44,005 nucleotides of DNA from Patescibacteria group bacterium (GTDB lineage Bacteria; Patescibacteriota; Patescibacteriia; UBA9934): the NCBI GenBank assembly GCA_038064675.1, contig JBBTSM010000008.1:167-44171 (forward strand), given 5' to 3'. Under the pieces are notes generated by a model that did not search any database, was not told the origin of the DNA, and saw only the letters and a list, made by a program, of their open reading frames with translations. How positions within the stretch are numbered: position 1 is the stretch's first letter; the number at the start of each line of letters is the position of its first letter. Below, in pieces: positions 16,900 through 26,282 of this stretch. A program made the position numbers and the translations under genes.

Positions 16900-19800
16900 T
16901 TATGCCGCACGTTTCATCGCCCGTTCTGCACGCCGCAGAACACCATCCATCGCTTCTTGAACATTAAGTCGGCCTTCAGCGGCTAGGCGCGCCATCTCAT
17001 CTCGCTCACTCCCGGTTAACGATCGAAGGTTTGAAAGAACCTGTTCGAGCCCCGTGACCGCAGCGGTATAGCCGTACGCAGATCCGATCATCGCCACAGC
17101 CTCCGCAGTATTCATCACCCTACCGCCCAAACTTCCATTCGCACGAATTCCCTGCATCGCCTCCTCCCATGTTTCGCGGAATACCGTTGCAACACGAGCC
17201 ACAAGGCCAGTGTCGCCGCCTCCTGATACCGCTGTTTCAAATCGCTTTCGGAAGTCGCCAACGCCGTGCGCAAGGTTTGTACCGATATTGAAGGGAAGTT
17301 TTGAGAGCAATCGGAGTGCTGGCGATCCTCGACGGCCCGGAGCCTCGAGTACTCGAACCGATTGTTCAACGATACCGGCAAGCTCTCTGCTTCGTGCAAC
17401 AGCATGTTTCCGGGTTTGTTCTGAGTACTGTTCAGTGAGTGCGCGAACCGATTCATGCAATCTCGTTTTCATTTCATTCGATAGCGGCTCACCATCTCTT
17501 GTTGTCGCCGTGGAAATCGCACGATCAAGCCGGGCAGCAACATCAAGATTTGCCGTATAAATACGCTCTGGATCCCCGGCGGCGCGTTGTAGTGTTTTCG
17601 CGTTTTCTCCCATGGCATCTAAAATATCTGCCGTAAGTAGCGCACGAGCATTCTGATCGCCAAACGATTCTGGGAGATATTGTGGAACGTCCGCAAAGGC
17701 TTTCAAGCCAAAGAACTTGCCAAGCACACCGATGACTCCACCGGCAGTTCGACGAGATATTTCTGGCGTTGGCGCGAATTCGGTTCGCGCAGCAGGAGTC
17801 TCCACCACAGCAGGAGCCACAGTAGCATCACCACCAAAGATTCGACCGACGGTATTTCTCAGCGAACGTGACCACGATGCCACGCGATCTTCTGCGTGCG
17901 TTTCACGAGGCACCTCAACTGGAGCTTCAATAGGAATTTCAACGCGAGCTGGCGCCGGAGCAACGGAATCGATCACAGGCTCCGGTCGAGCTACTGGTCG
18001 AACATCAACCGCTACTGGACGAACCGGAGGAACAGATTCAGCAGACGATGGACGAGGAGCTTCAACGCGAGGCACCGGTCGTGCTTCTGGAGCGGGTGCC
18101 GGGGCCTCGGCTCCGCCACCAAAGAATCCAGCAAATGGATCGGCGCTTTCGTTTGATGGAGCCGAAGCGGGGCGTACTGGCGCTGATTCTGCGCGGGACG
18201 TGGGAGCAGACTCGAATCGAACAGGAGCAACCGGCGCAGCGGTACCGGCTGGACGCGGTGGACGTGGGACTTCGGATCGAGGACGGTCAATGAGAGATTC
18301 TGGAGAAGCCGCCGAAGGAAGAACGATATTTCGACGAACCGGGACAAGAGGCCTTGGTGCATTTGGATCCACGGGGAATACGCCTGCAAGAATTTGCTCG
18401 ATCTCGGAGAGGCCTTCCCCTGGAGCAGAAGCGGCCGACGTCGCAGCGGGAGCCGATACCGACGCAGCAGCTGGAGCTGAATCAGCTTCCACGGAAGGCG
18501 CGGGAGCCGCATCCGGCGTGCGAGGAGCATCGCCAGCCGCGCTGTATGCCGGAACGTTTTCCCGAACATGACTCGCGTCGGCCACCGGAGAATCCTCGTC
18601 TTCGCCCTCTTCCTCGGCGACAAACATCGACAAAGAGCCCTCAGCTCCAGCAACAAATGAACCAACCTCCAGAGTCTGATGTTCATCAGAAGCATGTTCT
18701 TCTCCAACATCGGCGCTTTCTACAGCAAAGTGCTCAACAGCCGCACGATCGTCTGACGAAAGCTCAACGCGCTCTTCGTGCTCCTCAGGAATAGCAACGA
18801 AAAACTCTCGAGGAATCTTCCCTTGTTTACTCAACTCTCTTGCGATTCCATTATTCTCATCCAACACCCACTGTATATAACGTCCAAAAATTCGCACGTG
18901 CGTCTGCGCGTTTGCCCAGTCGCCAATTGGCCTAAGCAAAGCTGAAGGAACTCCCGAAAGCGCCTTGGGGCCCACTGTCCAATATCCCTTAAAGAACTCG
19001 TGGAGCTTCTGTTTCCGATCTGATTGAGACGTGTCCGAGCCCATTGCATTCATCGCTCCGCTCCACGCATCCCGCTCACGACGCTTCCATTGGAAATACC
19101 CTTTCATTGTTCGTAAAACATCTTTAACGTCAATATTTGCCTCTACAGCGGCTTCTCCACGCTTCCCCAACAATATATCCTCCGTCTCTGTCAGGCGATC
19201 CCGAGCCTGCTCCAACGATGCAATCGCCATACGAGCAATAGAAACGTCCGTAACAAAATTCCCAAGCTCGTCATCGCTCATGGTCTTCCCCGACCGAAGG
19301 ACGCGACGAAAATTCTGAAGAGATATGGAAGGCTTCCAGAACCGTGCATTCCGCACATCCCAAAATACGTCTTCTTCAAGCAGACGCACAAAATTTAACT
19401 GAGGAGTTTGAGGTAACGACCGTCGCTCTTCACGATCTCGAGCAGCTCGCTGTCGCTGATCTTCCCGTCCACGACGACGAAGTGCACGAAACACCTCCGT
19501 ATGCGCAAGCATGTCAAAATCCATACGATGTTCCGCCGAAACCATTGCCACAAACTCCGCGTCCCCTTCCTTCACTTCGCCAGGACCGTACTTTTCTTCC
19601 AAAAATACTCCTCGATCTCCAATATCCGTATCCGAATTCCATAATTGGTGTGTTCGCGCAAGCGTGTTTCGCCAAATGTGGACAACCTCATGAAGACGTG
19701 CAGGCAACGCGGTCTCCGATGCCTCAATATATTCTTTTACTCGTTCCTCAAGAGTCCTCATCCTTCCATCAAATGCTGCACGCTCGGTGCGTACTCCGGC

Positions 19801-21222
19801 ATCAATCTGTTCACGCGTAAGCGATGGAGCGCATTCTCGAAGACCTAACTCCCCCCTCCAATTTTCCACGAGTACGCTCAAAGTTTCGTCACGGATTTTC
19901 TCAAATGCCTGCTTCCGTCTTTCGCCGCGCAATAGTCGGGCATCGAGTACTTGCATTTCCGCATACACAATGCTCAACTCAAACGCCGGCAGCTCAGTTT
20001 CCCATCGTTCCTGGCGTTCTGCAGCCTTGGTTTGATTAAGCTCTTGATCTCGAAGATTCAACGCTTCGCGTCGTATTTCGGCCTGCACTCGCATCGTTTC
20101 TCGCAATTCTCGTTGATTCCGTGCAAGCTCTTCCCACGCATTGCCGATATCATTTTGTCGAAAAATTGGTTTTAGTTCCTGATCCCAATTTTTTATATAT
20201 GTACTAAAATCATCTCCAAGAACACGGAAGGCTGTTCCGGCAGCCTCTAACTCTTCCGCCGTTACAATCGGCATTGCAAAAACATCTGCGGCCCGCGTAC
20301 GAAAACTTTCAATCAAACTCGCATATCTTTCCCCGATCTCCTTGCGCGTTGCAAGCGCTTGATCTGCTTTGGCTTCTTTAGCCAAAAATTCCTCTTGCAC
20401 CCTAGTTTCTGCCTCTTTTCCCTTAAGAATTTCTTCACGAAATTTTTCAATCTCGGTATCGAATTGATCAATGCGGCCTTTATAAAAATTCAGCATCTCA
20501 ATTTCGGCCGGTTGAGAACCTCGTTCGGCAACTTGTGCTGCACTTGAATCGTGATTCACTCGAAAGGACGCGAGCTGTCTCTCCAATAATTCTATATTTT
20601 GACGAGCAGTTTCCCAATCACCTTGTCTTATCATCCTTCTTAGCGCCTTCAATATGCTCGTCGTACCTTCAAATAACTTTAGAATCGGTCTTCGCGCCTC
20701 TTCCAAAAGTTTCGCATTATGTTCAGCAATCAAACGATCATCTTCTTCGGTTCCTTCCCCGCGGGCAATGCGCTCATCGGCCTCGCGAGCACGCCGATCC
20801 GCATCCTCCCGTGTCTGCATCGCCACAAGATCTCGCTCTTTCTGCTCTTTAAGGACCGCTTCCCTTTGCACGGCACGCTCTTGAGCACGGATACCCGCAG
20901 CACTCGATCCAGCAAGCAATGCTTTTGTAGCATCGAACTCCCGACGAACTGTCTTTAATGCCGCCAAAATCAAACCACTCGCTACATCGCCACCAACAAA
21001 ATCTTTCGCCGCTTTTTCGGCGCTGCGTAAAGCGGCTTCAACACTTTCCACGAGAGCATTGCGCTCCAACCCAAGTGGAAGATTTTTAATTTCACCAAGC
21101 TGAGCATACGACTCGTCTGTCACGGCTCTGATAGTATTCAAAATCCGTTCTCGCTCTGAATTCACCGCGGAATCCGGAGTTCCATCGCCTCCACCAGGAA
21201 TCTTTCCCTTTTTGGTCGCCAT
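16900..21222 (-). CDS. hypothetical 1440-aa protein: long coiled-coil/helical N-terminal two-thirds, Pro/Ala-rich disordered segment, helical C-terminal domain
   Basis: A 4.3-kb uninterrupted ORF with ATG verified at 21220-21222. Composition is Glu/Arg/Ala/Leu-rich and heptad-like. I see no signal peptide, TM helix or enzymatic motif. Confidence 0.85.
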   Translation of the reverse strand: MATKKGKIPGGGDGTPDSAVNSERERILNTIRAVTDESYAQLGEIKNLPLGLERNALVESVEAALRSAEKAAKDFVGGDVASGLILAALKTVRREFDATKALLAGSSAAGIRAQERAVQREAVLKEQKERDLVAMQTREDADRRAREADERIARGEGTEEDDRLIAEHNAKLLEEARRPILKLFEGTTSILKALRRMIRQGDWETARQNIELLERQLASFRVNHDSSAAQVAERGSQPAEIEMLNFYKGRIDQFDTEIEKFREEILKGKEAETRVQEEFLAKEAKADQALATRKEIGERYASLIESFRTRAADVFAMPIVTAEELEAAGTAFRVLGDDFSTYIKNWDQELKPIFRQNDIGNAWEELARNQRELRETMRVQAEIRREALNLRDQELNQTKAAERQERWETELPAFELSIVYAEMQVLDARLLRGERRKQAFEKIRDETLSVLVENWRGELGLRECAPSLTREQIDAGVRTERAAFDGRMRTLEERVKEYIEASETALPARLHEVVHIWRNTLARTHQLWNSDTDIGDRGVFLEEKYGPGEVKEGDAEFVAMVSAEHRMDFDMLAHTEVFRALRRRGREDQRQRAARDREERRSLPQTPQLNFVRLLEEDVFWDVRNARFWKPSISLQNFRRVLRSGKTMSDDELGNFVTDVSIARMAIASLEQARDRLTETEDILLGKRGEAAVEANIDVKDVLRTMKGYFQWKRRERDAWSGAMNAMGSDTSQSDRKQKLHEFFKGYWTVGPKALSGVPSALLRPIGDWANAQTHVRIFGRYIQWVLDENNGIARELSKQGKIPREFFVAIPEEHEERVELSSDDRAAVEHFAVESADVGEEHASDEHQTLEVGSFVAGAEGSLSMFVAEEEGEDEDSPVADASHVRENVPAYSAAGDAPRTPDAAPAPSVEADSAPAAASVSAPAATSAASAPGEGLSEIEQILAGVFPVDPNAPRPLVPVRRNIVLPSAASPESLIDRPRSEVPRPPRPAGTAAPVAPVRFESAPTSRAESAPVRPASAPSNESADPFAGFFGGGAEAPAPAPEARPVPRVEAPRPSSAESVPPVRPVAVDVRPVARPEPVIDSVAPAPARVEIPIEAPVEVPRETHAEDRVASWSRSLRNTVGRIFGGDATVAPAVVETPAARTEFAPTPEISRRTAGGVIGVLGKFFGLKAFADVPQYLPESFGDQNARALLTADILDAMGENAKTLQRAAGDPERIYTANLDVAARLDRAISTATTRDGEPLSNEMKTRLHESVRALTEQYSEQTRKHAVARSRELAGIVEQSVRVLEAPGRRGSPALRLLSKLPFNIGTNLAHGVGDFRKRFETAVSGGGDTGLVARVATVFRETWEEAMQGIRANGSLGGRVMNTAEAVAMIGSAYGYTAAVTGLEQVLSNLRSLTGSERDEMARLAAEGRLNVQEAMDGVLRRAERAMKRAA

Positions 21223-21235
21223 ACATCTTCAACAA

Positions 21236-21592
21236 TTATTCCTTTTGTGCGGCCTCAGCCTTTCGAAGTTCTTGAACAATGCCGCTGATATCGCCCATAA
21301 AGGAAGTATCGAGTTGCGACTGAATCGCTGCGTACTTCTCCATAACGATACGAAGCTTTGCCACAGTATCAGCAACGTCGGCGCGCGCAGCCTTTTCCAC
21401 AGACGTATCAAGAACCGCCGCAAGACGAGAAAGCTGGTCAAGCCGAAGTTCAGGCAACAGTGCCGCCCATGCTTCTTTTTCTTGCTGCGGCATACTGGAC
21501 ACCACCAATGCTTCAGCAAGTTGAATCGCAAGCCCTCGCGCCTCTTGAATAAGCGCGGATTCCGAAAACTGTGGTTTCGCCGTGGATGCCAT
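21236..21592 (-). CDS. hypothetical small helical protein (118 aa), co-oriented 13 nt upstream of the 1440-aa gene
   Basis: ATG at 21592 (MASTAKPQFSES...). The longer ORF to 21757 would read through the intergenic inverted repeat and gives non-protein-like sequence. No family recognised. Confidence 0.6.
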   Translation of the reverse strand: MASTAKPQFSESALIQEARGLAIQLAEALVVSSMPQQEKEAWAALLPELRLDQLSRLAAVLDTSVEKAARADVADTVAKLRIVMEKYAAIQSQLDTSFMGDISGIVQELRKAEAAQKE

Positions 21593-21653
21593 GAAGTTAT
21601 TATACCGCATTCCAAAATACGGTGATTCTGAACCTGAGCTGACCTTAGATGGC

Positions 21654-22101
21654 GCTCGACGAGCCAGAGCTGGGCGAGGAGAGTGTGGGAGGGAGAGATC
21701 GGAAGAAAGTAAACCTTTGGGTGGGTTGGGACGGAAATGGTGGCAAAAAGATATCATCGAAGAGCGGGGGTATTCGATTTCAAACAGGGTGCTTGGTAAT
21801 GCGAATGCTTCGCAAACAGAAATCGTTGGTCCACGCTAACGATCTACGAGGTCGCAAATAACGCCGCCTACGATCGAAGATCACGCATTTTCGAATCAAT
21901 TTCACTTTTCATAGATTTCCGGCTCAGATCACATGCTGTTGCCCAGTTTTAAAACCCAAAAAACGAGGGTATCGTTTTCTGTCGCAGTACCCCGTACTCT
22001 CCGTTCTGTTCCGTCCCGTCCCAATCCCTCAAAGAATCAGGCTGGATTCACCCCCCCCTCCGACTCCTCACTCTCCTCGTCCAGCTCGGGACTCGTCGAA
22101 C
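21654..22101. repeat. about 448-bp non-coding element bounded by imperfect inverted repeats
   Basis: The core arms are 21654-21685 (GCTCGACGAGCCAGAGCTGGGCGAGGAGAGTG) and 22069-22101 (CACTCTCCTCGTCCAGCTCGGGACTCGTCGAAC). Weaker complementarity extends to about 21740 and from about 22001. Only short, implausible ORFs lie inside. Confidence 0.65.
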
Positions 22102-22127
22102 ACCTTCGTAAGGAAGGAGAGATGTCA
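22049..22127. repeat. expanded, diverged copy (C) of the palindromic repeat element
   Basis: CCCCCTCCGACTCC...CCTTCGTAAGGAAGGAGAGATGTC shares both flanks with copies A and B. It carries about 35 extra nt, and that insert coincides with the right arm of the 21654-22101 inverted repeat. Confidence 0.55.
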
Positions 22128-22188
22128 TCCGGAAATCTCATTCATTGACCAGTACTCCGATCAGGCATATGTTCGATATACTGTAGCT

Positions 22189-23667
22189 ATGGATTCTACC
22201 AATTTTTCCGACCTTGAACGACGTCTCGACTCCCACTACAGCCAGGAGGATCTTGCGGTACTCAAAAAGGCATACGACTTTGCAAAAACTGCACACGAAG
22301 GGCAGCTTCGTGCCACAGGTGAGCCCTATTTTGTCCACAGCTTCTCCGTCGGCCTCAAGCTCGCCGATCTAAAACTGCCGAGCAGTGTTATTGCGTCCGG
22401 AATGCTTCACGACGTTCCAGAAGACACGGTGTTTACCACCGAAGACGTTGAGCGCGAATTCGGAAAAGATATCGGCTCCATGGTCGCTGCCATTACCAAA
22501 CTCGGTCACGTCAAATATCGTGGAGAGCAGCGCTATATTGAAAACCTTCGAAAAATGTTCGTAGCGATGGCTGAAGACGTACGCGTGGTATTCATCAAGT
22601 TTGCCGACCGCATGCACAACATGGAAACACTATATGCGCTTCCAGAACACAAGCGCCTTCGCATCGCCAAGGAAGTCCTCGAGATCTACGCCCCAATCGC
22701 GAACCGGCTTGGCATGGGTGAATACCGCGGATTATTCGAGGACTACTCGTTTAAATATCTCGAACCAAAAGAATACAGCTGGACGAAGCATCTTTTGGAG
22801 GAGCGCGTAAAGAAGTTCGGCCCGTCTCTTGATCGTGCAATGAAACACGTCAGCACCGAGCTACACCAACACAGCATTGGCTACGTAGACATTCACGGCC
22901 GTGTGAAGCATTGCTACAGCCTCTATAAAAAACTTGAAAAATACAAAAACGACATGAGTAAGGTGTACGACATCGTGGCCATGCGCGTCGTCGTGAAAGA
23001 CATCACCGACTGTTACGCAGTGCTTGGCATTCTTCACGGCATTTATACCCCGCTTCCTGGTCGTATTAAGGACTACATCGCGCAACCAAAACCCAACGGC
23101 TATCAATCGCTGCACACCACTGTTTTTGATGAAAGTGGGTCGATTTTAGAGTTTCAAATTCGTACCCAAGCCATGCACGAGGAGAGTGAATACGGTGTGG
23201 CGGCGCACTGGCGCTACAAAAACGGTGCAACACGTGAAGAACGCAACGTCGAGTGGATGGAGGAGCTTGCGCGTATCCAAAAAGAACTGAGCGCGAACGA
23301 CTTCATGGCGCACTTAAACGAGCTCAAGCTCGATATGTTTCGCGATCGGATCTTCGTCTTCACTCCAAAAGGCGACGTGATTGATCTTCCAGAAGAATCC
23401 ACGCCAATCGACATGGCGTATGCAATTCACACGGAAATTGGAAATAAGGTTGCGCAGGCAAAGATCAACGGTGAAATCGCATCACTCGACCGTGCGTTAA
23501 AGAGCGGCGATATGTGCGAACTCATCATCGACAAAAATCGAAAGATGCCAAACAAGGATTGGTTGAAGTTTGTGAAAACTCGTCACGCGCGAAGCAAAAT
23601 CCGCGCAGCGCTCCACGGAGCACAGCGCGGACTTCTTTCAAGTATTTGGGGACGTGTCAAAAAATAG
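22189..23667 (+). CDS. rel: RelA/SpoT homolog (HD hydrolase, synthetase and TGS domains), short 492-aa form
   Basis: HD domain (HDVPEDT). Synthetase region (YDIVAMRVVV...GYQSLHTTV...EFQIRTQAMH). TGS domain (IFVFTPKGDVIDLPEESTPIDMAYAIH). The protein ends about 35 aa after TGS. Confidence 0.92.
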   Translation: MDSTNFSDLERRLDSHYSQEDLAVLKKAYDFAKTAHEGQLRATGEPYFVHSFSVGLKLADLKLPSSVIASGMLHDVPEDTVFTTEDVEREFGKDIGSMVAAITKLGHVKYRGEQRYIENLRKMFVAMAEDVRVVFIKFADRMHNMETLYALPEHKRLRIAKEVLEIYAPIANRLGMGEYRGLFEDYSFKYLEPKEYSWTKHLLEERVKKFGPSLDRAMKHVSTELHQHSIGYVDIHGRVKHCYSLYKKLEKYKNDMSKVYDIVAMRVVVKDITDCYAVLGILHGIYTPLPGRIKDYIAQPKPNGYQSLHTTVFDESGSILEFQIRTQAMHEESEYGVAAHWRYKNGATREERNVEWMEELARIQKELSANDFMAHLNELKLDMFRDRIFVFTPKGDVIDLPEESTPIDMAYAIHTEIGNKVAQAKINGEIASLDRALKSGDMCELIIDKNRKMPNKDWLKFVKTRHARSKIRAALHGAQRGLLSSIWGRVKK

Positions 23668-23752
23668 CCGTATTGTTTTCCACAGAACAACCACTCGGGC
23701 AGAATATTGCGGTGTACAATCAAAGAATCCACCGTAAACATGAAATATATCT

Positions 23753-24334
23753 ATGAGCAACCCATTCGATAATGCACTCCCGTTTGAACAACATAACGAG
23801 AAAAAGCAACTCACAGGGAAATTCATCGAGGAGCTTGATTACGCCGGCTTTAGGGGTCGCAATTATACGAGTGACGATGAGGCATTTTCACATATTCAGA
23901 ACATAATCAACGAAACCCGTCCTACCACAAGAGACGAAGAGATCGCCGGAGCGTTTCGAAACGCATTCATCGAAGCCATTCACTCGGGATTAATTTCCAT
24001 CGCGCATTTTTACGTCGAAATTGCAGAAAGGAACGGTCTTTCCGTTCAGCCAATCGAGAACGACGAAAAATTCCTTGCCGAACTTCGTGCGTGCGCGCTG
24101 GAACACCTCAACCGCTACAAGGTTTTTGAGGCAGCTAAAGTGATACAAAAGTATTTCCCAAATGCAAAGGAAGATCCTGAATTCATGGACGCACTCAAGC
24201 GACGCACAATGAAACGTATCAGCCCATCCAGCTCCAAAGACGAGTCTGATCCAAGACTTCTCCAAGATTTTGAACAAATCTTTGATGCTTTTCACCTTAC
24301 ACCAGAGGAAAGAGAAGCGCTTTTACGCGTTTAG
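23753..24334 (+). CDS. hypothetical protein (193 aa)
   Basis: ATG verified at 23753. The composition is plausibly that of a helical protein. It converges on parB with a 12-nt 3' overlap. No family recognised. Confidence 0.6.
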   Translation: MSNPFDNALPFEQHNEKKQLTGKFIEELDYAGFRGRNYTSDDEAFSHIQNIINETRPTTRDEEIAGAFRNAFIEAIHSGLISIAHFYVEIAERNGLSVQPIENDEKFLAELRACALEHLNRYKVFEAAKVIQKYFPNAKEDPEFMDALKRRTMKRISPSSSKDESDPRLLQDFEQIFDAFHLTPEEREALLRV

Positions 24335-25291
24335 CTGACGAATCATTGCAGCAAGGTCTTCCTTGGAATAGCAATGAATCGTAATTGTGCTTTTCGCGCC
24401 GTGCATATCAATGGATACTTTGGTACCGAGCTTCTCACGAAGCGCGGATTCGAGCGCGAGAATATTTGAATCTTTTGAGACTGCACGTCTCTGCGAGGTT
24501 AACGATTCTGCCGAACGCACTGTGACTCCCCCACCAAGCATTCGCTCGAACAACTCGCGACGACGAGCATCATTTGGTTCGGATAATAATGTTCGCGCAT
24601 GACTCTTGGTGATGCGGCCTTCAACCACTGCAGCGAGCATGTCGGTTGGTAAATCGAGTAAGCGCAGCGTGTTCGCCACTTGCGAGCGGCTCTTCCCTAC
24701 TCGTCCTGCAACGTCTTCCTGCGTGAGGTTGAAATCATCGATCAACATCTTGTACGCCTTTGCTTCTTCAACAGCATTTAGGTCTGCACGTTGGATATTT
24801 TCGATAAGTGCAAGCTCGAGCTTCTGCTGATCGGTAACATTGCGAACAATGACCGGAACCGACTCCAGACCAACCGCACGTGCCGATCGCAAACGGCGCT
24901 CACCAGCGATGAGTTCATACTTTCCATCTTCGCGAACAGAAACCACCAATGGCTGCAAAATGCCGTGCTCCTTCACACTCGCCATAAGATCAGTGAGATC
25001 TTCTTCCGCGAAATGATGACGGGGCTGACGTGGATTTGCGACGATATCGGTTGGCGAAACGCGAAGAAGACGGTCGTCGGAGCCGGAGAGCGATCGGCTT
25101 GCGCCTTGAGCGATCGGTGGATTACCTCCTTGAGCAAGTTGAGCGACGACCTGATGCTGAGGGGAATTTTCCTCGCTCATTTCGCTCAAGCGTAGCGATC
25201 GCTCATTTCGCTCAACGGTATTCATCGACGAACCCGCCGGCGGCAACAACGCACCAAGCCCACGCCCCAATCCCCCTTGAGTCTTCTGCAT
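24323..25291 (-). CDS. parB: ParB/Spo0J chromosome partitioning protein
   Basis: N-terminal GLGRGLGALL motif. ParB box (NPRQPR, GILQPLVV, ELIAGERRLRSA) and an HTH region. Start placed at ATG 25291, 2 nt from the parA stop. Confidence 0.9.
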   Translation of the reverse strand: MQKTQGGLGRGLGALLPPAGSSMNTVERNERSLRLSEMSEENSPQHQVVAQLAQGGNPPIAQGASRSLSGSDDRLLRVSPTDIVANPRQPRHHFAEEDLTDLMASVKEHGILQPLVVSVREDGKYELIAGERRLRSARAVGLESVPVIVRNVTDQQKLELALIENIQRADLNAVEEAKAYKMLIDDFNLTQEDVAGRVGKSRSQVANTLRLLDLPTDMLAAVVEGRITKSHARTLLSEPNDARRRELFERMLGGGVTVRSAESLTSQRRAVSKDSNILALESALREKLGTKVSIDMHGAKSTITIHCYSKEDLAAMIRQLNA

Positions 25292-25292
25292 A

Positions 25293-26072
25293 TTACACGG
25301 CGGCAACGCCGGATTCTTCACGGACTAAAAATTCTCGAGCCAACCGTTCGTACGCTTTTGCAGCTTTTGATTCAGGATCGTAATGCAAAATCGTTTTCCC
25401 GAAACTCGGCGCCTCAGCTAAACGAACGCTTCGAGGAATCACCGATCGGAAAATCTTTCCCGGGAAGTGTTTATACAATTCCTGAAGTACTTGATTCGAC
25501 AGATTTGTTCGCGGATCGAACATCGTAATCACCGCGCCCATAATACCGAGATTCGGCTTGATATGTTCGCGCACCAGGTTCACGGTGTGCATGAGTTGGC
25601 CAAGCCCTTCCAAGGCATAATACTCCGCCTGAACTGGGATGAGCACACTGTCGCTTGCAACGAGGCCGTTGATGGTTAAAAGACCAAGTGATGGTGGATT
25701 GTCGATAAGAATGTAATCGTAATCATTTCGAATTGGCATGAGCGCCGCTTCGAGCTTCCGTTCACGGTTGAATTCGGTAACGAGTTCGACAGCAGAACCG
25801 GCGAGATCTGGGCCGCCAGGAAGCAGCGCAAGGCCAGGATGGTTCGTACCGATAATCAAATCTCGCGCTTGGTGAGTCCCCGCTAATGCTTCATAGGTTC
25901 CCGAAAGTTCGGTCGGACTCTGCCCAAATCCACTCGTTGCGTTCCCTTGCGGATCCAAATCCACTAACAACACCGACTTTCCCAAATGCGAAAGATACGC
26001 CGCCAAATTCATGGAAGTAGTCGTTTTCCCCACTCCCCCTTTCTGGTTAACGACCGAAACGATGTGAGCCAT
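25293..26072 (-). CDS. parA: ParA/Soj partitioning ATPase
   Basis: Deviant Walker A NQKGGVGKTTTS, LLVDLDPQGN, and DYILIDNPPS. Start placed at ATG 26072, because the longer ORF to 26234 runs through the tRNA gene. Confidence 0.93.
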   Translation of the reverse strand: MAHIVSVVNQKGGVGKTTTSMNLAAYLSHLGKSVLLVDLDPQGNATSGFGQSPTELSGTYEALAGTHQARDLIIGTNHPGLALLPGGPDLAGSAVELVTEFNRERKLEAALMPIRNDYDYILIDNPPSLGLLTINGLVASDSVLIPVQAEYYALEGLGQLMHTVNLVREHIKPNLGIMGAVITMFDPRTNLSNQVLQELYKHFPGKIFRSVIPRSVRLAEAPSFGKTILHYDPESKAAKAYERLAREFLVREESGVAAV

Positions 26073-26123
26073 AGAATGAAAGAAGTATAACAAAAAATCT
26101 CCAGTCTTGCGACGGAGATTTTT

Positions 26124-26200
26124 TGGTTGCGGGGGCCGGATTTGAACCGGCGACCTTCGGGTTATGAGCCCGACGAGCTGCCTGGCTGCTCTACCCCGCG
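26124..26200 (-). tRNA. initiator tRNA-Met (CAU) with encoded CCA
   Basis: The reverse complement reads CGCGGGGTAGAGCAGCCAGGCAGCTCGTCGGGCTCATAACCCGAAGGTCGCCGGTTCAAATCCGGCCCCCGCAACCA. It shows a C1-A72 mismatch, three G-C pairs closing the anticodon stem, anticodon CAT, and a GGTTCAAATCC T-arm. It is near-identical to E. coli tRNA-fMet. Confidence 0.97.
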
Positions 26201-26282
26201 GGGGGAGTATGCCCGAAATGAGGGCAAGGGGCAAGTGCGGTTAAAACGGTTGATCGCTGACGCTCGGTTAAGGCGGTTATTC

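Noticed and set aside
21600-22188. Tested the intergenic region upstream of rel, on both strands, as RNase P RNA, tmRNA or SRP RNA.
   Set aside because: There are superficial resemblances: GGAAGAAAGTAAACC versus GAGGAAAGTCCGG, GGTGCTTGGTAATGC, ACAGAAA, and GCTCGACGAG versus the tmRNA TTCGACG. However, the P4 pairing partners do not match, there is no tRNA-like T-arm/CCA end, and there is no SRP domain IV motif. No RNA family was called.
26073-26234. N-terminal extension of the parA ORF.
   Set aside because: It reads straight through the initiator tRNA gene. The ATG at 26072 immediately precedes the Walker A motif.
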